From Chitinophagales bacterium (lineage in GTDB: Bacteria; Bacteroidota; Bacteroidia; Chitinophagales; JADIYW01): DNA of 64,000 bases. Positions within the stretch are counted from its first letter, which is position 1. Each line of letters opens with the position of its first letter. The stretch is taken from assembly GCA_044227665.1 (NCBI GenBank), contig JBGAWK010000001.1, positions 32,324-96,323 of the forward strand, in the 5' to 3' direction. Positions 10,264-20,933 of this stretch are shown piece after piece. A program made the translations under genes and the position numbers. The notes under the pieces were generated by a model. That model did not search any database. It was not told where the DNA came from and saw only the letters and a program-made list of their open reading frames with translations.

Positions 10264-11913
10264 TTAGTCCAAATATTTGCCTACGATAGGTAGGCGTCGT
10301 CCCATGCCAAAGGCTTTGGAAGATACTCGCAAATATGGTGGCGTTTGGTATCTTTTAAACTCGTTGTGGTTTACCAGTCTCAATATCCTGCTTACCAACA
10401 TCTCCTCATGTCCTTGTGCAATAATATCATCAGGACCCAACTCCTTTTCTATATATTCAAATAGTATTTTGTCCAAAATAGCATAGTCTGGAAGTGAGTC
10501 GCTGTCTTTCTGTCCTGGTCGCAATTCCGCAGATGGTGCTTTGGCAATAATACTTAGGGGAATAACTTCTTGTTCTCTATTGATATAGTTACAGAGACTG
10601 TAAACCTGTGTTTTGTACAAGTCCCCAAGAACGCCTAGGGCACCACACATATCGCCATAGAGTGTTCCGTAACCTACAGCGGCCTCGCTTTTATTGGTCG
10701 TATTAAGAAGTATATACCCCATCTTATTAGAAATAGCCATAAGATATACGGCGCGTATCCGCGCTTGAATATTTTCTTCTGCTATATTCGGAGGCAAGCC
10801 CTCAAAGTGTGGTGATAGTACTTGCTCAAAGGCATGATACACCTCTGCTATGGGTATAATCTTATGGGGTGGGGCTCCTAAATTTTCTAAGAGTTCCAAA
10901 GAGTGCTGTATAGAACCTTCGCTAGAATACTGCGATGGCATTAGCACTGACAGCACATTTTCCTTTCCCAATGCCTCCACCGCCAAATATAAAACCAGGG
11001 CAGAGTCCACTCCCCCCGACAGCCCTATGATAGCTTTTTGTAGTCCTAGCTTTTTAAAGAACTCTTTTATACCTAGGACTAACGCATCATGAATCAAGGT
11101 GTAAGTAGCAGAAGGCTGCAAATTATCTTCTCCGGTATATCTTCGTACTTCCTCATCATTCACGATAGACAACGATTCCTCAAAAAACTCGAACTCCTTA
11201 TAAATGCTGCCATCTGGACTGCATATCAGAGAACCTCCATCGAAGATAATATCCGTATTAGCACCGCAACAGTTGCAATAGTAAACGGTGGCGTGGGTAT
11301 GGATGGCATTGGCTTTCACAATTTTTCGTCGTGCATCCGTATGGTCATAAGCGAATGGGGATGCCGACAAATTAAGTAAGATATCTATCCCTTGAGCCGC
11401 TAATTCTACAACGGGATTGACTTTATACAGCGGATTTTCCACACCTGTATCCCATATATCTTCACATATCGTGACACCTATTTTTTTCCCTTTAAAATCA
11501 AAACCCCCAAAGTCAGTGCCCGGCTCAAAGTATCTGTATTCATCAAAAATATCGTAGGTAGGCAGCAATGTCTTGTGTGCCGTATGGAGAATCTCGCCAT
11601 CATATAATACGAATGCCGAATTATGAAGGTCTTTGCCTTGTTTGTGAGGATTGAAGGAAGGAGAGCCCACGACTATGGCTATATCTTTATCTTTGGAAAA
11701 GAAGCGCAACGCCTCTATGCTTTCTAAAGAACGTGTTGTAAAGTGCTTGTAGTCCAGAAAGTCTCGCGGCGGATAGCCACAAATCGCCAGTTCAGGAAAT
11801 ACAATCACGGCAGCGCCTCCAGATAAGGCTGCCGCTGTAAGTGCTTTGATCTGTGCGAGGTTTCCTGTAAAATCTCCTATTAGAAAATTGTTTTGTGATA
11901 GCGCTATTTTCAT
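10264..11913 (-). CDS. nadE: Glutamine-dependent NAD+ synthetase
   Basis: 549 aa. N-terminal nitrilase/CN-hydrolase domain (FPELAICGYPP) plus C-terminal NAD synthetase domain with PP-loop GLSGGVDS. Confidence 0.9.
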   Translation of the reverse strand: MKIALSQNNFLIGDFTGNLAQIKALTAAALSGGAAVIVFPELAICGYPPRDFLDYKHFTTRSLESIEALRFFSKDKDIAIVVGSPSFNPHKQGKDLHNSAFVLYDGEILHTAHKTLLPTYDIFDEYRYFEPGTDFGGFDFKGKKIGVTICEDIWDTGVENPLYKVNPVVELAAQGIDILLNLSASPFAYDHTDARRKIVKANAIHTHATVYYCNCCGANTDIIFDGGSLICSPDGSIYKEFEFFEESLSIVNDEEVRRYTGEDNLQPSATYTLIHDALVLGIKEFFKKLGLQKAIIGLSGGVDSALVLYLAVEALGKENVLSVLMPSQYSSEGSIQHSLELLENLGAPPHKIIPIAEVYHAFEQVLSPHFEGLPPNIAEENIQARIRAVYLMAISNKMGYILLNTTNKSEAAVGYGTLYGDMCGALGVLGDLYKTQVYSLCNYINREQEVIPLSIIAKAPSAELRPGQKDSDSLPDYAILDKILFEYIEKELGPDDIIAQGHEEMLVSRILRLVNHNEFKRYQTPPYLRVSSKAFGMGRRLPIVGKYLD

Positions 11914-12023
11914 GGCTACAATTATTTTACGTTATAAACAAAAGTATAGAAGTATTCTGTTATAATGACAGAAGTATGTTTCCAAAGAACTATGAAAGAC
12001 CGCTATTTTCTTAAAAAGAAATC

Positions 12024-12773
12024 CTAGAACAAAAATCCGATACGCATGCCAAAATTTCGAGCAGCAACGCGTTCTTTATCTTCATCATTTAGAACATTCA
12101 TAAAGCCATTAGTAAAAAACAAGCCCAGGACCAAGGATGTGTTTTCAGTAAAGGAATATTCTACACCACCTTCAACTTGTAAGCCCAAATTGAAAGGCAT
12201 AACCCTCTTTATAGCATTAGTGCCGCCATTATAGAATGGCACATCTATGAGCTTAAGGTTGTCATTTTCAGTTACGATTACGGTTGTGCCGTCTTGTGGC
12301 AACGCTTGTAAGTCTTCGAACCTTATCGCCGCCCTGCGTCTGATGATGAACTCCGGCAAAAGTCCAAATGCTCCATAGTAAGTAAAGTCATTGACTTGAT
12401 TGGAGCGAAGTTTTAAGGTAGCCGGAATTTGCAAGTATTGAAGTTTTCCGGTAATATTGGAGGCAACATCTGCATACACCATGCCCATATCTCCCATTAC
12501 AGAATCTCTTATCGCGGAAGTAAGCTTTCCTCCCGACATGCCGATAGTAAGTCCTGTGCCAAAAGCATAGCGATCGTTGTTGCCAAATTTATAATCACAG
12601 ATGATGCCGTATTGGAAAGAAAATCTTGCTCCGTCACTTTTCATAAGCTGGTTGTCCGGCTTCCACCAATTTATGCCAGGATTCGCCGTAAACCCAAATC
12701 TGAATCTGTCACCATCTAGCGCAAAACTCTTTGCAACTATTAACAAAGAAAACAACAGGATATATTTTTTCAT
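12024..12773 (-). CDS. Outer-membrane beta-barrel protein (PorT/OmpA-N-like family)
   Basis: Signal peptide MKKYILLFSLLIVAKSFA, alternating beta-strand pattern, and a C-terminus ending in aromatic F (RIGFLF). Confidence 0.6.
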   Translation of the reverse strand: MKKYILLFSLLIVAKSFALDGDRFRFGFTANPGINWWKPDNQLMKSDGARFSFQYGIICDYKFGNNDRYAFGTGLTIGMSGGKLTSAIRDSVMGDMGMVYADVASNITGKLQYLQIPATLKLRSNQVNDFTYYGAFGLLPEFIIRRRAAIRFEDLQALPQDGTTVIVTENDNLKLIDVPFYNGGTNAIKRVMPFNLGLQVEGGVEYSFTENTSLVLGLFFTNGFMNVLNDEDKERVAARNFGMRIGFLF

Positions 12774-12800
12774 ACTCGTATTTTTGTAGAAAATGTTTTA

Positions 12801-13832
12801 ATGTCCAAATATCTAAAAATCTTCGTAATAATTAGTCTTGTTTTGCTAATATTTAACGATTGCCGCCATAGAGATACAAAGCATCCTGATGTAGATGCGA
12901 TACAAGTAGATGCTGAAATATATAGATTTGAAAGGGATTTGTTTGCCATAGACCCCAATAATATGGCTGAAGGGCTTGCTGCCCTAGACAAGAAGTATCC
13001 GCGCTTCTATCCCGTATTTATAGGCCAAGTGCTACAGGCATCTGCTACACCCAAGGACTATACCTCCTATGCTCCCCTGATGAGAGAGTTTATTACGCTG
13101 CCCTCTATGAAAGGATTGTACGATACGGTACAGGATGTTTTTGGGAACTTCAAGCCTTACGAAAGAGACCTTACCCGTATGCTCATCTATTACAAATATT
13201 ACTTTCCCAAAGAACCTACGCCAAAGGTATATACTTTTATCTCCGAGTTTGTACAAGGGGCTTTCACTTACGACAAAGACATATTAGGATTGGGGCTAGA
13301 TTTACATATTGGGGCAAAGTACCGCTATTATCCAGCGCTGAATATCCCTACTTTTATCATAAAAAAACTAGACCCCAAATACCTCGTTACCGATGCTGCA
13401 GAGGTGTTGCTTACCAATATGACAGAAGCCCCTATAAATGGAAAGCTTTTGGACATGATGATATATACAGGAAAGATAGCCTATGGCAAAAGCTTACTGC
13501 TTCCCGACCGCAGCGAGGAAGATATTTTAGCCTACGGCAAAAAAGATTTACAGTGGTGTAACGATAACGAAAAAGAAATATGGACATTTTTTATCCAACA
13601 TGATTTACTCTATAAAGCCCGCCAAGATGAATATTACAAATACATTCAGGATGGCCCTACAACTTTCGGCATGCCTCAGGGTGCGCCATCGCGCGTAGGG
13701 GTGTGGACAGGCTATAGAATTGTGAAATCTTATATGGAAAAAAATAAAAATGTACCTTTAGCACAACTATTTAGTATTACCGATGCACAAAAGATTTTGG
13801 AAGAATCCGGATATAAGCCTAAAAGAAAATAG
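12801..13832 (+). CDS. gldB: GldB-like gliding-motility lipoprotein (DUF2268-type)
   Basis: Hydrophobic N-terminus ending in Cys (LLIFNDC). The following pattern IYRFERDLFAIDPNN...LDKKYPRFYPVF resembles GldB N-termini as I recall them. Size is 343 aa. Confidence 0.5.
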   Translation: MSKYLKIFVIISLVLLIFNDCRHRDTKHPDVDAIQVDAEIYRFERDLFAIDPNNMAEGLAALDKKYPRFYPVFIGQVLQASATPKDYTSYAPLMREFITLPSMKGLYDTVQDVFGNFKPYERDLTRMLIYYKYYFPKEPTPKVYTFISEFVQGAFTYDKDILGLGLDLHIGAKYRYYPALNIPTFIIKKLDPKYLVTDAAEVLLTNMTEAPINGKLLDMMIYTGKIAYGKSLLLPDRSEEDILAYGKKDLQWCNDNEKEIWTFFIQHDLLYKARQDEYYKYIQDGPTTFGMPQGAPSRVGVWTGYRIVKSYMEKNKNVPLAQLFSITDAQKILEESGYKPKRK

Positions 13833-13835
13833 CTT

Positions 13836-14333
13836 TTGATAACTTTTGACAAAGACAACAGCTATTTTTTGAGCAACGAGAAGTCGCTGCTTCAAGTAGA
13901 TCGTATATATTATTTTCTCAAGAATCATTCCTATTGGGCAACCCAGCGCACCTTGGAAACAATAATCACAGGCATAGATCACTCGTATTGTGTAGGTATT
14001 TATTACAGAGATACGTGGAGTAGCTTTTCCATAGAGTCACAGATAGGGTTTGCTAGGGTTATTACCGATTATGCGACCTTTGCCTATCTCTGCGATGTGT
14101 ATATCGAAGACTATCATCGCGATAAGGGTTTGGCGACATGGATGCTTACACATGTCTTAGAAAATCCCGATTTCTCGCAAATCAAAAGATGGATGTTAGG
14201 CACTAGGGATAAACATAGCCTATATCACAAACACGGCTTCAGCGCAATTTCTTCCCCTGAAAGATGGATGGAGAAAGTAGCGGAAAATCTTCCTCTTAGC
14301 AACTCCTTTATCAAGAAAGTGGCGAATAAATAA
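13836..14333 (+). CDS. GNAT-family N-acetyltransferase
   Basis: 165 aa. Acetyl-CoA-binding-type block YHRDKGLATWMLTHVLE. TTG start 3 nt after the gldB stop. Confidence 0.6.
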   Translation: MITFDKDNSYFLSNEKSLLQVDRIYYFLKNHSYWATQRTLETIITGIDHSYCVGIYYRDTWSSFSIESQIGFARVITDYATFAYLCDVYIEDYHRDKGLATWMLTHVLENPDFSQIKRWMLGTRDKHSLYHKHGFSAISSPERWMEKVAENLPLSNSFIKKVANK

Positions 14334-14348
14334 AATAGGATTTGGCTG

Positions 14349-14765
14349 TTAATAGGAACTGTCGTCGGGAATATTCTCTGCCTCGTCGAGGTGGTCTTCT
14401 AGACTATCTTCCATATCATCCTCGTCGAAGTCATCCTCATCATTGTCATATTTGAACTCATCCTCTTGGTCTCCGCTACCAAAGTCTTCATCGTCTTCGC
14501 CTTGATAGGATTTATCCGCATCAATGCTTAGCGGTTCAATATCCTCTAAGTCAAAATCATCTACCATTTTTTGTAGCTGGGTAGATACTTTTACCAAATA
14601 TGCGGTATCTTCCAGCTCTATAGGCACGGCAGAGATTTTCTCATTCTTGGCATTATTAAAAGTAATGATGGCTTTATTATATCCATGAGGATATTTTTCT
14701 GCTAAGGCGTGTAGTACTTCCTCTGGAACATTTTTGTAGTCAACAATTACGCGTTTTTTTATCAT
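14349..14765 (-). CDS. Hypothetical protein with highly acidic C-terminal tail
   Basis: Start moved to internal ATG (MIKKRVIVDYKNVPEEVLHALAEKYPHGY). The C-terminal half is a D/E-rich low-complexity region. No recognisable catalytic motif. Confidence 0.5.
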   Translation of the reverse strand: MIKKRVIVDYKNVPEEVLHALAEKYPHGYNKAIITFNNAKNEKISAVPIELEDTAYLVKVSTQLQKMVDDFDLEDIEPLSIDADKSYQGEDDEDFGSGDQEDEFKYDNDEDDFDEDDMEDSLEDHLDEAENIPDDSSY

Positions 14766-14888
14766 AAAATATAAAGAATGATTGGCGCGATAAAAGTAAT
14801 CCGATTTTTCAAAATTGTACAATACTCACTAAAAAAAATTTACTTTTTTTGTGCGTAACTGTTTTTTAGCTCTTTTTTTAATACTGAT

Positions 14889-17576
14889 CTAATAATTCAA
14901 AACGCTTCCCAGCCAGCGTTCTATATCTTCTATGTTCATGCTTTTGCGTTGCGCATAGTCTTCTATTTGGTCTTTGCCTATCTTTCCAAGTCCAAAGTAG
15001 CGGCTCTCGGGATGTGAAAAATACCAACCACTCACCGCCGCAGTCGGATACATGGCCATACTTTCTGTAAGGGTGATTCCTGTATTATTTGTAACGTCCA
15101 AAATTTGGAAGAGTATTTCTTTCTCTGTATGGTCAGGGCAGGCAGGATATCCCGGCGCAGGACGTATGCCTATATATTTTTCACGTATCAGCGATTCCTT
15201 GTCCATCTTCTCATCAACAGCATATCCCCAGTACTCCGTGCGTGCCAATTCGTGCATGCGCTCGGCAAGGGCTTCGGCAAGTCTATCTGCCAGTGCTTTC
15301 AGGAGGATGGCACTATAGTCGTCATGCTGTGCTTCAAATTCTGCCAACTTGCCTTCTATGCCTATGCCTGCTGTCACGGCAAATGCCCCTATATAGTCTT
15401 GTAAGCCACTATCCGCAGGGGCAATAAAGTCGGCAAGGCAGAAGTTCGGCAGGCTTTCTGCTTTTTTGTTCTGCTGGCGTAGATGATGTAAGACCCTCTT
15501 TTGTCCATGGGCAGAAATATGGATGTCGTCTTCTACCGCATTGGCGGGAAAAAAGCCTATTACAGCGCGCGCTTTTAACCATTTTTCAGTTATTATATCT
15601 TCCAACATTCTTTGCGCATCATCGTATAGTTTTTGTGCTTCTGTTCCTACTATTTTATCTTCTAATATTTTGGGGAACTTGCCGTGCAATTCCCAGGTTT
15701 GGAAGAACGGTGTCCAATCTATGTATGCTTTTAGCTCCGCTAAATTATATGATTCAAAAACTTTTACGCCTAAGTTTTTTGGTATAGGTGGCGTATAATC
15801 CTTCCAGTCTATTTGTGTCTTATTCTGCCGGGCATCAGAGATAGAGAGATATTCTTTAGAAACATTCTTGCTAAAATGTTTGTCTCTCATCATGGCATAT
15901 TCTTCTTTGGCATTTTCTTTCAGACCTATGGCATCTTCTTTATTTAATAATTGCGTAGCTATGGGTACGCTTCTAGAAGCATCAAGCACATAGATTACCC
16001 CTCCGGAATAGACGGGATCAATTTTCACGGCAGTATGTAGTTTGGAGGTGGTAGCACCGCCTATCAGCAAGGGCGTATTCAGGCCCCTGCGTTCCATTTC
16101 TTTGGCTACGAAGACCATTTCATCTAGGGATGGTGTGATGAGGCCGCTGAGGCCTATTATGTCTGCATGGTGTTTTTGAGCCTCATCCAAAATCTTTTCG
16201 GCAGATACCATTACCCCCAAGTCTATAATTTCGAAATTATTGCACGCCAAGACAACGCCCACGATGTTTTTGCCTATATCGTGTACATCTCCTTTTACTG
16301 TAGCAAGCAAGATTTTTCCTAATTTTTTAGCGCCCTCATGATGCTCTGCTTCAATATATGGCTGCAAATAGGCTACGGCTTTTTTCATTACTCTGGCAGA
16401 TTTTACCACCTGCGGTAAAAACATCTTACCGCTGCCAAAGAGGTCGCCCACGATATTCATACCATCCATGAGCGGTCCTTCTATAACCTGTAATGGGCGT
16501 TCGTATTGTTGACGACAAGCTTCGGTATCTATATCTATAAAATCCACGATGCCTTTTACTAGCGCATGTTGTAATCTTTCCTGTACGGTACCCTCGCGCC
16601 ATACTAAGGTTTCTTCTTTTTTCTTCGCATTACCTTTTACGGTTTCTGCATATTCCAGCAATCGCTCTGTGGCTTCTTCCGTTCTATTGAGAAGTACATC
16701 CTCTACATATTGTAAAAGTTTCTTGTCTATATCATCATACACCTCCAGCATAGAGGGGTTTACTATACCCATATCCATGCCATGCTTTATGGCATGATAG
16801 AGGAATGCTGAGTGCATAGCCTCCCTTACTTTGTTGTTGCCCCGAAAGCTAAAAGAGACATTGCTTACCCCTCCGCTCACATGAGCACCTAAAAGGTTCT
16901 TTCGTATCCATGCCGTGGCGTTAAAGAAGTCTATGGCATTATTGCGGTGTTCTTCCATGCCTGTAGCTACAGGAAAGATATTAGGGTCAAAAATAATGTC
17001 GTGCGGATTGAAGCCTACTTGTCCTGTTAGGATGTCGTAGCTTCGCTGGCATATTGCAATTCTGCGCTCATAGCTGTCGGCCTGTCCTGCTTCATCAAAA
17101 GCCATAACGACAGTAGCGGCTCCATATTTTTTTATAAGCTTAGCCTGTTTTACGAACTCCTCTTCACCACTTTTCAGGCTTATAGAGTTGACGATACATT
17201 TCCCCTGTACACATTTGAGGCCCTCTTCTATGATTTCCCATTTTGAGGAGTCTATCATAATAGGAATTCGGGCTATCTCTGGCTCTGACATCACGAGATG
17301 CAAAAACTTTGTCATCGCAGCTACACCATCTATCATTCCTTCGTCCATATTGACATCCAGAATTTGGGCACCCCCGCGTACTTGTTCTAGTGCTACGGAC
17401 AAGGCGTCTTCATAGCGATCTTCTTTTATCATCTTCAGAAACGCTGCCGATCCCGTGACGTTGGTACGCTCCCCAATATTGATAAAGTTAGTGTCCTCTG
17501 TTACGATTAGTGGTTCTAATCCTGATAGTCTTAAAGATTGGCTCATTGTATTTTTTATATGATAACTATTCGGCAT
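14889..17576 (-). CDS. metH: Methionine synthase, pterin-binding + cobalamin-binding + AdoMet-activation domains (MetH lacking the Hcy domain)
   Basis: [29 protein letters not shown] marks the start of the pterin domain. B12 motif [11 protein letters not shown] (DxHxxG) with [10 protein letters not shown]-terminal activation domain is present. The more likely start is ATG 17546 (MSQSLRLSG). Confidence 0.9.
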   Translation of the reverse strand: MPNSYHIKNTMSQSLRLSGLEPLIVTEDTNFINIGERTNVTGSAAFLKMIKEDRYEDALSVALEQVRGGAQILDVNMDEGMIDGVAAMTKFLHLVMSEPEIARIPIMIDSSKWEIIEEGLKCVQGKCIVNSISLKSGEEEFVKQAKLIKKYGAATVVMAFDEAGQADSYERRIAICQRSYDILTGQVGFNPHDIIFDPNIFPVATGMEEHRNNAIDFFNATAWIRKNLLGAHVSGGVSNVSFSFRGNNKVREAMHSAFLYHAIKHGMDMGIVNPSMLEVYDDIDKKLLQYVEDVLLNRTEEATERLLEYAETVKGNAKKKEETLVWREGTVQERLQHALVKGIVDFIDIDTEACRQQYERPLQVIEGPLMDGMNIVGDLFGSGKMFLPQVVKSARVMKKAVAYLQPYIEAEHHEGAKKLGKILLATVKGDVHDIGKNIVGVVLACNNFEIIDLGVMVSAEKILDEAQKHHADIIGLSGLITPSLDEMVFVAKEMERRGLNTPLLIGGATTSKLHTAVKIDPVYSGGVIYVLDASRSVPIATQLLNKEDAIGLKENAKEEYAMMRDKHFSKNVSKEYLSISDARQNKTQIDWKDYTPPIPKNLGVKVFESYNLAELKAYIDWTPFFQTWELHGKFPKILEDKIVGTEAQKLYDDAQRMLEDIITEKWLKARAVIGFFPANAVEDDIHISAHGQKRVLHHLRQQNKKAESLPNFCLADFIAPADSGLQDYIGAFAVTAGIGIEGKLAEFEAQHDDYSAILLKALADRLAEALAERMHELARTEYWGYAVDEKMDKESLIREKYIGIRPAPGYPACPDHTEKEILFQILDVTNNTGITLTESMAMYPTAAVSGWYFSHPESRYFGLGKIGKDQIEDYAQRKSMNIEDIERWLGSVLNY

Positions 17577-18588
17577 ATTGCTGTATCTCCACTTGTCGAG
17601 GGGTGTATCGAGCTGCTACGGCTGCAATAGCTCGTATATGATCGGGGGTGGTTCCACAGCATCCTCCTATGATATTGATAAGTCCTAGCTGTAGAAACTC
17701 TTCTATCTGTGCTGCCATCATTTCTGGTGTTTCATCATACTTGCCGAAGGCATTGGGAAGTCCGGCATTGGGATGTGCGCTCACAGCAAAGGGTGCTTGC
17801 TGTGCCAGTATTTGCAGGTAGGGTCTCAGCTCCTTGGCGCCAAGAGCGCAATTAAGACCTATAGACAAAAGGGGGACATGTTCTACAGATATTAGGAAGG
17901 CTTCGGTAGTTTGTCCCGACAGGGTACGTCCGCTGGCATCTGTAATAGTACCGGAAACCATTACAGGATAGGCGATGCCCATCTCTTCATATAATGTCTG
18001 TATGGCGAATAGTGCTGCTTTGGCGTTGAGGGTATCAAAGATGGTTTCTACGAGTAAGATGTCTGCGCCTCCGTCTATGAGTCCTTTGGCTTGCTCATAG
18101 TATGCAGCAGTAAGCGCATCGAAAGTTATAGCCCTAAATCCGGGGTCGTTTACATCTGGAGATAGCGATGCGGTACGATTGGTAGGCCCTATAGCTCCAG
18201 CGACGAAGCGTGGCTTCTTGGGATTTTTTGCTGTAAATTCCCCTGCTACTTCTTTTGCTACCTTTGCTCCTTCATAGTTTAGGCGATATACTTCGGATTC
18301 TAGGTGATAGTCTGCCTGTGCTATTGTAGTGCTGCTGAAAGTATTCGTCTCTACTATGTCTGCTCCGGCTTCAAAATATGCTGCATGTATTTCCCTGATA
18401 ATATCCGGGCGAGTAAGGGTAAGCAAGTCATTGTTACCTTTTAGTGGATGATTATGGTCTTGGAATATCTCCCCTCGATAATCATTCTCTTCAAGGTTAT
18501 AGCGTTGTATCATCGTACCCATAGCTCCATCTAGGATGAGGATACGCTCTTTCAACAGTTCTTGCAATAGTTGTACTCTATCTGTCAT
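17566..18588 (-). CDS. Homocysteine S-methyltransferase domain protein (separate N-terminal module of MetH)
   Basis: 340 aa. ILDGAMGT, zinc-ligand blocks IGLNCALG and GGCCGTTP. Lies directly upstream of the MetH remainder. Confidence 0.9.
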   Translation of the reverse strand: MTDRVQLLQELLKERILILDGAMGTMIQRYNLEENDYRGEIFQDHNHPLKGNNDLLTLTRPDIIREIHAAYFEAGADIVETNTFSSTTIAQADYHLESEVYRLNYEGAKVAKEVAGEFTAKNPKKPRFVAGAIGPTNRTASLSPDVNDPGFRAITFDALTAAYYEQAKGLIDGGADILLVETIFDTLNAKAALFAIQTLYEEMGIAYPVMVSGTITDASGRTLSGQTTEAFLISVEHVPLLSIGLNCALGAKELRPYLQILAQQAPFAVSAHPNAGLPNAFGKYDETPEMMAAQIEEFLQLGLINIIGGCCGTTPDHIRAIAAVAARYTPRQVEIQQYAE

Positions 18589-18639
18589 AATATTTGTTTA
18601 CAGAAAGAAAAATCAGGTATGATGTCTTTGGATACTTCC

Positions 18640-18750
18640 GCTTATCTTCTCCCAAGTTCGTCGAGATAGGATTTGGCACCTTCCGACCTTATGGGGCTGG
18701 GGTTGCCAAGACTTCATCGGGCCTAATCCCTCCGTCTTTCATAATAAGCT
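18640..18750 (-). promoter_or_regulatory. SAM-I (S-box) riboswitch aptamer
   Basis: The minus-strand RNA is GCUUAUUAUGAAAGACGGAGGGAUUAGGCCCGAUGAAGUCUUGGCAACC...GGUGCCAAAUCC...GGGAGAAGAUAAGC. It has P1 GCUUAU/AUAAGC plus the conserved GGAGGGA, GGCCCGAUGAA, GGCAACC and GGUGCCAAAUCC blocks. It lies about 50 nt upstream of the Hcy-methyltransferase ATG. Confidence 0.9.
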
Positions 18751-18778
18751 CTACACCATTTTGGCATAGAATCTATGA

Positions 18779-18786
18779 CAAAGATA
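18779..18786 (-). promoter_or_regulatory. Candidate -7 promoter box (TAnnTTTG) driving the riboswitch-metH transcript
   Basis: The minus strand reads TATCTTTG, an exact TAnnTTTG. It sits between the stop of the upstream gene (18791) and the riboswitch P1 (18749). Confidence 0.45.
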
Positions 18787-18790
18787 GATA

Positions 18791-20320
18791 CTATAAGTCT
18801 GCTATAAAATATTTTTGCAACAATGCATGGGTCAGGCTAAATTTTTTGCCATAAGACAATTTTTGATGTGCTTCAAAATCATTTTTCAGGGGAATATAAT
18901 CTGGATTCTTTTTATTGAGCAAGATAAGGTTGTAAGAGTTCATATAGCGTTTACCTATGGCGGCAAGTTCATATTCTGGATGTTTTTTCAAGAAGGCAAA
19001 AAACACCTCCTGCGCCGTATTGTTTTTATCGTTAGAGAGGGTTACTATGGCACTTTTTAGAGAGGGCTGATTGGCGAATACGACTATCACATCAGGATTG
19101 CACTTTTCCATATAAGCGACAGATAGTGGATTCCGTGCCAAATAGGTGTCGCATAAAGCAAGCAGGTCGAAAGTTTTCCATTCGGCATAATAGGGTATGG
19201 CTCCAGCCTCACAGAGCATAAGTTTATAGTTTTTGTCCTTATATTTTGCAAGTCTTTTTCCGATATCTATATGCCCATAGTGGAAATCTTTGGCATAGGG
19301 AAATATTACTTTATAAGCTGGTACAGTAGTAGAAAAATGTAAAACGACCAAAAATGATGATAGGAGCAAGAAAGCCTTTTTGTTATAAATATCTTTATAA
19401 ATAAAAAATGCGATAAGCATGAGATAATAGGCACCGTGTGAGAAGAATCTGGCACCAATATCTGTGGCTAATGCCGAAGGATAGTATAAAAACACCAACA
19501 AAACCATGCTTACCACTACGAGCACTCGGAACTGGAAGTTGGCAGTCATAAAAAACAAGGCTACTAATAAAAATAAATAGGGACTATTATTAAAATATAT
19601 ACTCACCAACGAAACAAGGTGGTGCATGTAGCTATCATTTACAGATTTTACATAAAATGTGTTGGGAAGCAGATAGCCAAAATATTTTACTCTCCAGACC
19701 ATATAGACACCTGCCAATAAAAGCATCGCAATAAAATAGGCATACCTTTTCACCACCTGACCATTTTGCGCCGCTAGAGCAAAAAGGATTATAGAAAAAA
19801 GAGCCCCCTCTGGTCTTGTCAACGGGAGAAATAATAATAGCAGGTACAGATACCTTTCATTAGGACGCTTTAATAACACAATAATTGCCGTTTCTATCAA
19901 CAGAAAAAGAAATAAAAAAGTCTCAAAGCCACTATAAAGATGTATGTAAATAAATGGATTGAACACCATAAACGAACAGGCAATCAGGAACAATCTTTTG
20001 TCTGCAAGATGTTGCCAAAACCGAAAAATTAAAACGCCAAACAATAGTACATTTATAATTTTTAAAAACAGAAAAGTATTCATTCCTATTAGCTCTGGAA
20101 TAATCATCAAAACAGTATATAAAAAGCTGGTGTTTGCCTCTACATAGTCGTGGTCGGCATTCCAGTTCCAAATACCGTGTTCGACGAGATTTTTGGCATA
20201 TCGTGCCATAATCAGCATATCGTCGGCACAGAAAGAAAAAGTGAAAAGACTAAAAACAACAAATGCAACACAAAGCAATAGTGCTACGGGAATAAAATAT
20301 CGGGGTAAACTTTTCGTCAT
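18791..20320 (-). CDS. Polytopic membrane protein, probable GT-C-fold (ArnT/PMT-like) glycosyltransferase
   Basis: 509 aa with about 10 or more hydrophobic segments. An early-loop acidic motif (CADDMLIMARYAKNLVEHG) resembles the DD/DE loop of GT-C enzymes. The C-terminal roughly 150 aa is soluble. Confidence 0.4.
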   Translation of the reverse strand: MTKSLPRYFIPVALLLCVAFVVFSLFTFSFCADDMLIMARYAKNLVEHGIWNWNADHDYVEANTSFLYTVLMIIPELIGMNTFLFLKIINVLLFGVLIFRFWQHLADKRLFLIACSFMVFNPFIYIHLYSGFETFLFLFLLIETAIIVLLKRPNERYLYLLLLFLPLTRPEGALFSIILFALAAQNGQVVKRYAYFIAMLLLAGVYMVWRVKYFGYLLPNTFYVKSVNDSYMHHLVSLVSIYFNNSPYLFLLVALFFMTANFQFRVLVVVSMVLLVFLYYPSALATDIGARFFSHGAYYLMLIAFFIYKDIYNKKAFLLLSSFLVVLHFSTTVPAYKVIFPYAKDFHYGHIDIGKRLAKYKDKNYKLMLCEAGAIPYYAEWKTFDLLALCDTYLARNPLSVAYMEKCNPDVIVVFANQPSLKSAIVTLSNDKNNTAQEVFFAFLKKHPEYELAAIGKRYMNSYNLILLNKKNPDYIPLKNDFEAHQKLSYGKKFSLTHALLQKYFIADL

Positions 20321-20357
20321 ACTTGTATTTTTTTAAAGTCAAGCATCCAAAAATACA

Positions 20358-20816
20358 TCATTTTCGAAATACCTGTTCATAGCATTTTATCCAGTCCTGT
20401 GGGTTCATCCTTTGAAATGTTTCTACAAGCAAATCTTGTGGGAGGGGTTGTTTCTTCTTGAATCTAATACAGCTCTTTCCTACATCTGGTGATGTGCCGA
20501 TAAGTGCTGTAAAATTTTTTATAAATTCTTCCATCCATTCGGGATGGGCATATAAGCCCATGTGATAGAGGACTAATTCCTTTTTGCGACAAGCTATAGA
20601 AATAAAAGGCAGGGGCGTCGAAGGCTTACAGTGGTAGCCTTTCGGGTATATGCTGTGCGGCACATAGTAGGTAGGGAGTCCATAACTCATTCCTTCTTCA
20701 AAACCTTCTGGAAGATATGTCCTCAGTAGTGTCCTCAAGATGATGATGTCTTCTTTACAGGCCTTATCACAACTTTCTATATACGCTGTTACGTCCGTAC
20801 TTTCTTTTATTGCCAT
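20358..20816 (-). CDS. DUF1801 (YdhG-like) domain protein
   Basis: 152 aa. Overall pattern (VTAYIESC...IILRTLLRTYLP...) recalls the DUF1801 family. No catalytic motif. Confidence 0.4.
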   Translation of the reverse strand: MAIKESTDVTAYIESCDKACKEDIIILRTLLRTYLPEGFEEGMSYGLPTYYVPHSIYPKGYHCKPSTPLPFISIACRKKELVLYHMGLYAHPEWMEEFIKNFTALIGTSPDVGKSCIRFKKKQPLPQDLLVETFQRMNPQDWIKCYEQVFRK

Positions 20817-20933
20817 ACCCTAAAGGTATAAATATTTGTCTTCCGATAGATATACAAAGTTCTTAGAACAATTGATACTATAAGGATTTAGGGATAATAA
20901 AGATTATTCGTAATATTGTACGAGCAATACTAT

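Noticed and set aside
11948-11977. AGAAGTAT direct repeat (22-bp spacing) with TTCTGT/ACAGAA inverted repeat upstream of nadE
   Set aside because: The elements are short (6-8 nt) in AT-rich DNA, so chance occurrence is likely. There is no similarity to the nadA-upstream inverted repeat, so there is no support for a shared NAD regulon site.
17546-17576. Overlap between the two metH ORFs, considered as a programmed frameshift site
   Set aside because: Each ORF has its own start and stop. The break coincides with the interdomain linker, and no slippery heptamer lies within the 11-nt overlap. The two-gene arrangement is, to my recollection, common in Bacteroidota.
18594-18854. 86-aa plus-strand ORF in the metH upstream region
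   Set aside because: It lies antisense across the SAM-I riboswitch and the 3' end of the upstream membrane-protein gene. Its sequence is explained by the RNA element, and it has no protein-like motifs.
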